Virus record (IMG/VR): IMGVR_UViG_3300009167_000002
Coordinates: 1 to 51,270 of that record
Strand: one strand, 5' to 3'
Length of the DNA stretch: 51,270 nucleotides
Origin: a virus
Taxonomy: Duplodnaviria; Caudoviricetes
Below the pieces are notes generated by a model. It was not told the origin of the DNA. It did not search any database and saw only the letters and a list, made by a program, of their open reading frames with translations. A program made the position numbers and the translations under genes. Of the stretch, positions 47,467 through 51,270 are shown one piece after another. How positions within the stretch are numbered: position 1 is the first letter of the stretch; each line of letters begins with the position of its first letter.

Positions 47467-47759
47467 AATTGTTAGATAAACCAGAGAAGGTTCGTACTTC
47501 TTTGGAGGAACTTGAGGTTCTCTCAAATTTAAAAGATTCGGTTGAGTGGGTAATTGTCAAAAGGATGGCAACCAGATACATCCAGAACCTCAGAAAAGCC
47601 TCATTTAAACTCATTGAAAGCAATCCCACTTATCTTGCTGTACGCCATGCCGAGTTTGCAGGACAAGCTCTCGGAATTAAATCACTTATCAGGTTAGTTG
47701 ATGAAGCAGGAAAAAGGGCTGAAAGATTGGAGAAAAGAGGTGATAAACATGGCGTGTAA
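47463..47759 (+). CDS. Portal-adjacent helical hypothetical protein
   Basis: L..L.DS..W...K...GQALG pattern typical of small post-portal genes. Confidence 0.55.
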   Translation: MKLLDKPEKVRTSLEELEVLSNLKDSVEWVIVKRMATRYIQNLRKASFKLIESNPTYLAVRHAEFAGQALGIKSLIRLVDEAGKRAERLEKRGDKHGV

Positions 47760-47787
47760 AGGAGGAAAGAAAGGAAAGAAAAGATGA
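47749..47787 (+). CDS. 12-aa basic peptide MACKGGKKGKKR
   Basis: SD GAGGTGA at 47737-47743; ATGA overlap with the sulfotransferase. Confidence 0.45.
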   Translation: MACKGGKKGKKR

Positions 47788-48263
47788 GAGATTATCTTTT
47801 TGTGAGAATTCCCAAGACTGCTTCTTCTTCTGTTTGTCAGGCTTTGTATGGCACAGAAGAATGGCCTCAACATAAGACCGCTGGTGAGTTGGCCCGTGAG
47901 ATTGGAGATGAATTTAACAAAGTTTTCAAATTTAGTATTGTCAGGAATCCCTACGAGAGATTCCGTTCAATGTGCAGGTTCTTCGGTATAATGCCAGACC
48001 AATTTTACAAGGATATCCATTTCAAAACGCAGGAAGACTTTCTCTATATTAAAGGTAGGTTAGCTGTTGATTATGTAGGAAGATTTGAGGATATAGACAA
48101 TTCATTCAAGGAGATTTGTAAACATATCGGAATAGAGAAACCGCTTCTTCCCCACATTAAACCCCATTTGGGAGATTTGCCTGACAGAAAGGAAATAATA
48201 CCGATTGTAAACAAATACTTTAAAAGGGATTTTGAATTATTTGGATATCCAATGGAGTTATAA
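47784..48263 (+). CDS. Sulfotransferase family 2 protein (carbohydrate sulfotransferase-like)
   Basis: FVRIPKTASSS (5'-PSB), FSIVRNPYERFRS (3'-PB), DYVGRFEDI, DFELFGY. Confidence 0.85.
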   Translation: MRDYLFVRIPKTASSSVCQALYGTEEWPQHKTAGELAREIGDEFNKVFKFSIVRNPYERFRSMCRFFGIMPDQFYKDIHFKTQEDFLYIKGRLAVDYVGRFEDIDNSFKEICKHIGIEKPLLPHIKPHLGDLPDRKEIIPIVNKYFKRDFELFGYPMEL

Positions 48264-48279
48264 TAAAAGGGGTGATTTT

Positions 48280-48441
48280 ATGTTTAAGAAAATAGCACAC
48301 AATAAAAAGATACATTTTTCCGTTCCGACTAAATTAGCAAGAGGCACAAAATGGTCAGGAAATCGGAGGAAATATGCAAGAGTTAAAAGGGTGAGAAAGG
48401 GTGGTAAAGGAGAATCAACGCCAGAAGGGGGTGGTGAGTAA
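48280..48441 (+). CDS. 53-aa basic protein
   Basis: GAGTTATAAT 48255-48264 plus SD GGGGTGA; K/R-rich. Confidence 0.55.
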   Translation: MFKKIAHNKKIHFSVPTKLARGTKWSGNRRKYARVKRVRKGGKGESTPEGGGE

Positions 48442-48581
48442 TGCCTCTTACAAAGTCAGGTAAAAAAGTAATGAGAAGTATGAAGAAACAATATGGTGCC
48501 AAGAAAGGCAAATCCGTGTTCTATGCAAGTTTGAATAAAAAGAAAAAAGGCAGTTCCAAGTGGCACAAAAAAAGGAAATAG
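48441..48581 (+). CDS. 46-aa Lys-rich protein MPLTKSGKKVMRSMKKQYGAKKGKSVFYAS... (not in track)
   Basis: TAATG coupling; resembles small basic proteins recalled from phage head regions. Confidence 0.7.
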   Translation: MPLTKSGKKVMRSMKKQYGAKKGKSVFYASLNKKKKGSSKWHKKRK

Positions 48582-48584
48582 ATT

Positions 48585-49361
48585 ATGATTTTAAAAAGAT
48601 TTCCCAACATGTTTAACAATTTATCTAACTATTTGGCCCCAAAAGTTAGAAGTTCTCCTATGGCTTCAATATCAAAGTATTTATGGAATACAATTCAAGG
48701 TACAACTCCAGCCATGCAAAAATTACAGTCTTATCAGGTAGAACCAACGCCTCCTACTCCAATTCAGCAATATGTTGCTTCTGCAGTAAGTCCTCTTGAA
48801 GTTTTAGCTGATTATTTGGTTTCTAAAGAAAGGGGTGGGATAGGTGAAGCAATTAAAAGAGGAGGAGATATTCCAGGTGCTTTAATGAGTAGGGGTGTAA
48901 CTCAAGATTATGCTTTGCCTCTTGGTATGTTTGCTGCTATGGTTTTACCAGGTGCGGGTGAATTAAATCAAATGACTAAGAGACCCACCCAACCTAAAGG
49001 AGTAGGGGGAGTAGATATAAGTAATATCTCTAAACAGGACTTATCTGTTTATGGCAAAGACATTGCTAATGTTGGTCGGTCATATTTTGGTGAACCTACG
49101 ACCCAACTTGGGAAGAACATAGTAAGCAAAATTGACTCTAGAATATACGACCAAGTTGGTGTTCTAGCACAAGCGTCAAAGAATATTAAAGTAAGAAGGG
49201 ATGCAAGGATGTTTAACTATATTTTATCTGACCAAGTAAGTGATGCAAATAAACTTGACAGTTTGTTAAACCTTCAAAAGAATCTGGAAAGTGTAGGAAC
49301 ACCAGAAGGAAATATCATAAATAATGCTATAAACCAAATTACCAAAGGATTTATGAAATAA
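48585..49361 (+). CDS. Hypothetical protein (possible internal virion protein)
   Basis: 258-aa ORF in the head region. Confidence 0.55.
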   Translation: MILKRFPNMFNNLSNYLAPKVRSSPMASISKYLWNTIQGTTPAMQKLQSYQVEPTPPTPIQQYVASAVSPLEVLADYLVSKERGGIGEAIKRGGDIPGALMSRGVTQDYALPLGMFAAMVLPGAGELNQMTKRPTQPKGVGGVDISNISKQDLSVYGKDIANVGRSYFGEPTTQLGKNIVSKIDSRIYDQVGVLAQASKNIKVRRDARMFNYILSDQVSDANKLDSLLNLQKNLESVGTPEGNIINNAINQITKGFMK

Positions 49362-49434
49362 TTGGTAGTATGAGTTATAATGTTAATTGCGGGCATATGC
49401 AACCCTGCATTCCGCTTAATTGGGGGTGATATAA

Positions 49435-50238
49435 ATGGCAGTTAAAACTGATGAGCCAAAAAAAGATGAAAAAACTAAAGAAGTTACTGAACAACCTAAA
49501 GACGAAACTGCTTCTAAAGTTTCAGAGCTTGAGAAAAAGCTCGGTGAATTATCGGAAACGATAGGCACACAAAATGAATTTATCCAATCCGTTACGCCTG
49601 TTATTAACGCCTTTGCATTTACTCCTGAACTCAAAAAAGCGTGGGATGAATACGGAAGGCCAAAAGTGGTGGGAACGGGAGAAGGATTTAGTCAGCAGGA
49701 AAAACCACAGCAGGAGAAACAAGAAACTGTTTCAGGCCCTCAAGGTCAGAACCCAGTGGTTGACCAAAGATTAGAGGAAGTTACTTCATCGCAACGGGAA
49801 GAAATAGTTACCGCATTTGAACGTGATTACGGTATTGGTAATTTAAAAGATGAGGAAAGAAAGGATGCCAGAAGAAAGGTGGAAACCTACTTAAATGAGT
49901 TTGGCTGGTCTGTAAAGAATATTCCGCTTCCGCAATTAAGAAACTCTCTTGAAAAGGCTTATGTCGGCTCCCATGCAGAAAAGCTGAGAGAGGAAGGTAA
50001 GCTGGAAGGTTTTGCACAAGCCAGAGCAAACGAGAATGCAATGATGGGTACCATGCCTTCAACTGGTATTCAAACTCAAACATCTACTCAGGAATTTACA
50101 CCCAAGCAAAAAGAGTGGATGAAGAAACTTAGAGTTGATGAAGAAAAAGCCAAACAAACCTATTTTAGTAAGGATGAAGAAGAATTTAGGGAAAGCGGTG
50201 CTGAGAAAAGAGCAAAGAAAAAGGCAGAGGAAGAATAA
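49435..50238 (+). CDS. Capsid scaffolding protein
   Basis: Charged coiled-coil, located before the capsid genes; SD GGGGGTGA; GAGTTATAAT at 49372-49381. Confidence 0.7.
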   Translation: MAVKTDEPKKDEKTKEVTEQPKDETASKVSELEKKLGELSETIGTQNEFIQSVTPVINAFAFTPELKKAWDEYGRPKVVGTGEGFSQQEKPQQEKQETVSGPQGQNPVVDQRLEEVTSSQREEIVTAFERDYGIGNLKDEERKDARRKVETYLNEFGWSVKNIPLPQLRNSLEKAYVGSHAEKLREEGKLEGFAQARANENAMMGTMPSTGIQTQTSTQEFTPKQKEWMKKLRVDEEKAKQTYFSKDEEEFRESGAEKRAKKKAEEE

Positions 50239-50239
50239 A

Positions 50240-50259
50240 TTTGCGGGTTAAGTTATAAT
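50240..50259 (+). promoter_or_regulatory. Late leaderless promoter TTTGCgggTTAAGTTATAAT
   Basis: 6 nt before ATG 50266. Confidence 0.7.
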
Positions 50260-50265
50260 AGATAT

Positions 50266-50793
50266 ATGGCAGGTTTTTCATACAGGAAGAACCTTGATGG
50301 TTCTAATCAAGCTCCTACTCTATTATATGTAATAGCAAAGCAAGGAATTGCTTTTTCTGTTGGTGATGCTGTCCGTATAAATACCAGTGGTTTTGTGGAT
50401 ATTTGTGATGCACAGGAGGGGATGGCTGGAGTGTTGGTTGCTATTGTTACCAGAAAGGGAACCGCAAAGGCTGTTGATGCAGGTTCAAATGATACTTGGA
50501 CTACCTCAGCTGATAATCAAACTGTGGCTATGGATATGGCTGTATTTATTCCTGCACTTCCAAACTATTTATTCTTTAACGATGCCGATGGAAATGGAAG
50601 TGAAGCTCATATTGGTCTCTTTTATGATTTAGCTAATAGTTATGCTGTTGATGAGGATACCCATTCTGACACTACTCAAGCAACCGTCAGACTTTGGGAG
50701 TATGACCCGAATCATATAAGTGATGCTTCACAGGGACTTTTTCAAGTAGTTGAATCTCAATTTGGTCAGGATTCTTGGGATAGACAAGATTAA
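50266..50793 (+). CDS. Capsid-associated (cement/decoration-like) protein copy 1
   Basis: MAGF start, FSVGDAVRI; between scaffold and MCP. Confidence 0.7.
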   Translation: MAGFSYRKNLDGSNQAPTLLYVIAKQGIAFSVGDAVRINTSGFVDICDAQEGMAGVLVAIVTRKGTAKAVDAGSNDTWTTSADNQTVAMDMAVFIPALPNYLFFNDADGNGSEAHIGLFYDLANSYAVDEDTHSDTTQATVRLWEYDPNHISDASQGLFQVVESQFGQDSWDRQD

Positions 50794-50794
50794 G

Positions 50795-50814
50795 TTTGCA
50801 AGTTAAGTTATAAT
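50795..50814 (+). promoter_or_regulatory. Late leaderless promoter TTTGCaagTTAAGTTATAAT
   Basis: 6 nt before ATG 50821. Confidence 0.7.
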
Positions 50815-50820
50815 TAATAT

Positions 50821-51270
50821 ATGGCAGGATTTCAATATAGGAAAAATTTAGATGGCTCCAATCAAGCACCCACCTTGGTTTATGTTATTGGTAAAAGTTC
50901 AGTTGCTTTTGCGGTTGGAGATGCGGTAAGAATAAACACTTCAGGTTTTTGTGATGTTTGCGATGCTGGTGAGGGAATGGCAGGAGTAATTCAAACTGTA
51001 ACTACTAGAGAGGGACAGCCAGTAGCTTGTGATTCTGGAACAACTGATACTTGGACAATGAGTTCTACCAATGAGACAGTGGCGAAAAAAATGATTGGAT
51101 TTATTCCAGCACTTCCAAACTATTTATTCTACAATGATTCTGACGGAACTTTAACTGAAGCGATGGTAGGAATGTATTTTGATTTAGTTTCTCACACTCA
51201 GATTGACGGAGATACTAACCATGATACTACACAGAGAACTTGCAGACTTTGGGAGTTTAACCCAGACCAT
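50821..51270 (+). CDS. Capsid-associated protein copy 2, N-terminal part (continues to stop at 201)
   Basis: MAGFQYRKNLDGSNQAPTLVYVI... open to the window end; paralog of 50266. Confidence 0.85.
   Translation, partial: MAGFQYRKNLDGSNQAPTLVYVIGKSSVAFAVGDAVRINTSGFCDVCDAGEGMAGVIQTVTTREGQPVACDSGTTDTWTMSSTNETVAKKMIGFIPALPNYLFYNDSDGTLTEAMVGMYFDLVSHTQIDGDTNHDTTQRTCRLWEFNPDH
51148..51270. repeat. Terminal direct repeat (copy of 1-123)
   Basis: Exact match. Confidence 0.97.

Noticed and set aside
50266-51270. Diversity-generating retroelement TR/VR pair
   Set aside because: No reverse transcriptase; differences are not adenine-specific and both copies are full genes
1-51270. tRNA/rRNA genes or an alternative genetic code
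   Set aside because: No cloverleaf recognised by eye; TAA, TAG and TGA all end genes and standard-code ORFs tile the genome densely

Overview
The window looks like a complete circular (or circularly permuted) tailed dsDNA phage genome of about 51,147 bp: bases 1-123 are repeated exactly at 51148-51270 and one gene runs across the junction. The layout is podovirus-like: terS/terL, P22-type portal, scaffold, two paralogous capsid-associated genes, major capsid protein, fibre-like genes, adaptor and nozzle, ejection-type proteins, CHAP lysin and holin-like genes, small middle genes, and a short leftward early operon. I see no tape measure, sheath, integrase, DNA polymerase, helicase or primase. 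The main finding is a ~16.4 kb glycan-synthesis cluster (4133-20545) inside the structural region. It has 8 glycosyltransferase domains, 8 methyltransferase domains, a nucleotide-sugar dehydrogenase, an epimerase, an aminotransferase, an amidotransferase and a deacetylase; a sulfotransferase lies separately in the head region. At least six structural-region genes carry near-pure Ser/Thr mucin-like tracts (~520 residues in total). Three of them, including an unannotated 51-aa mini-gene, share a C-terminal motif GxIxxExxxGxxY. I infer that the phage builds its own O-glycan (mucin- or proteoglycan-like) coat on the virion. Regulatory signals are also visible: a late RAGTTATAAT motif usually 5-6 nt before the ATG (leaderless), three palindromic operators before the packaging genes, and boxA-like/hairpin elements in the early operon. 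The host may be a monoderm bacterium, possibly Patescibacteria; this is inference only. All product calls come from motif recognition by eye, and no searches were run.
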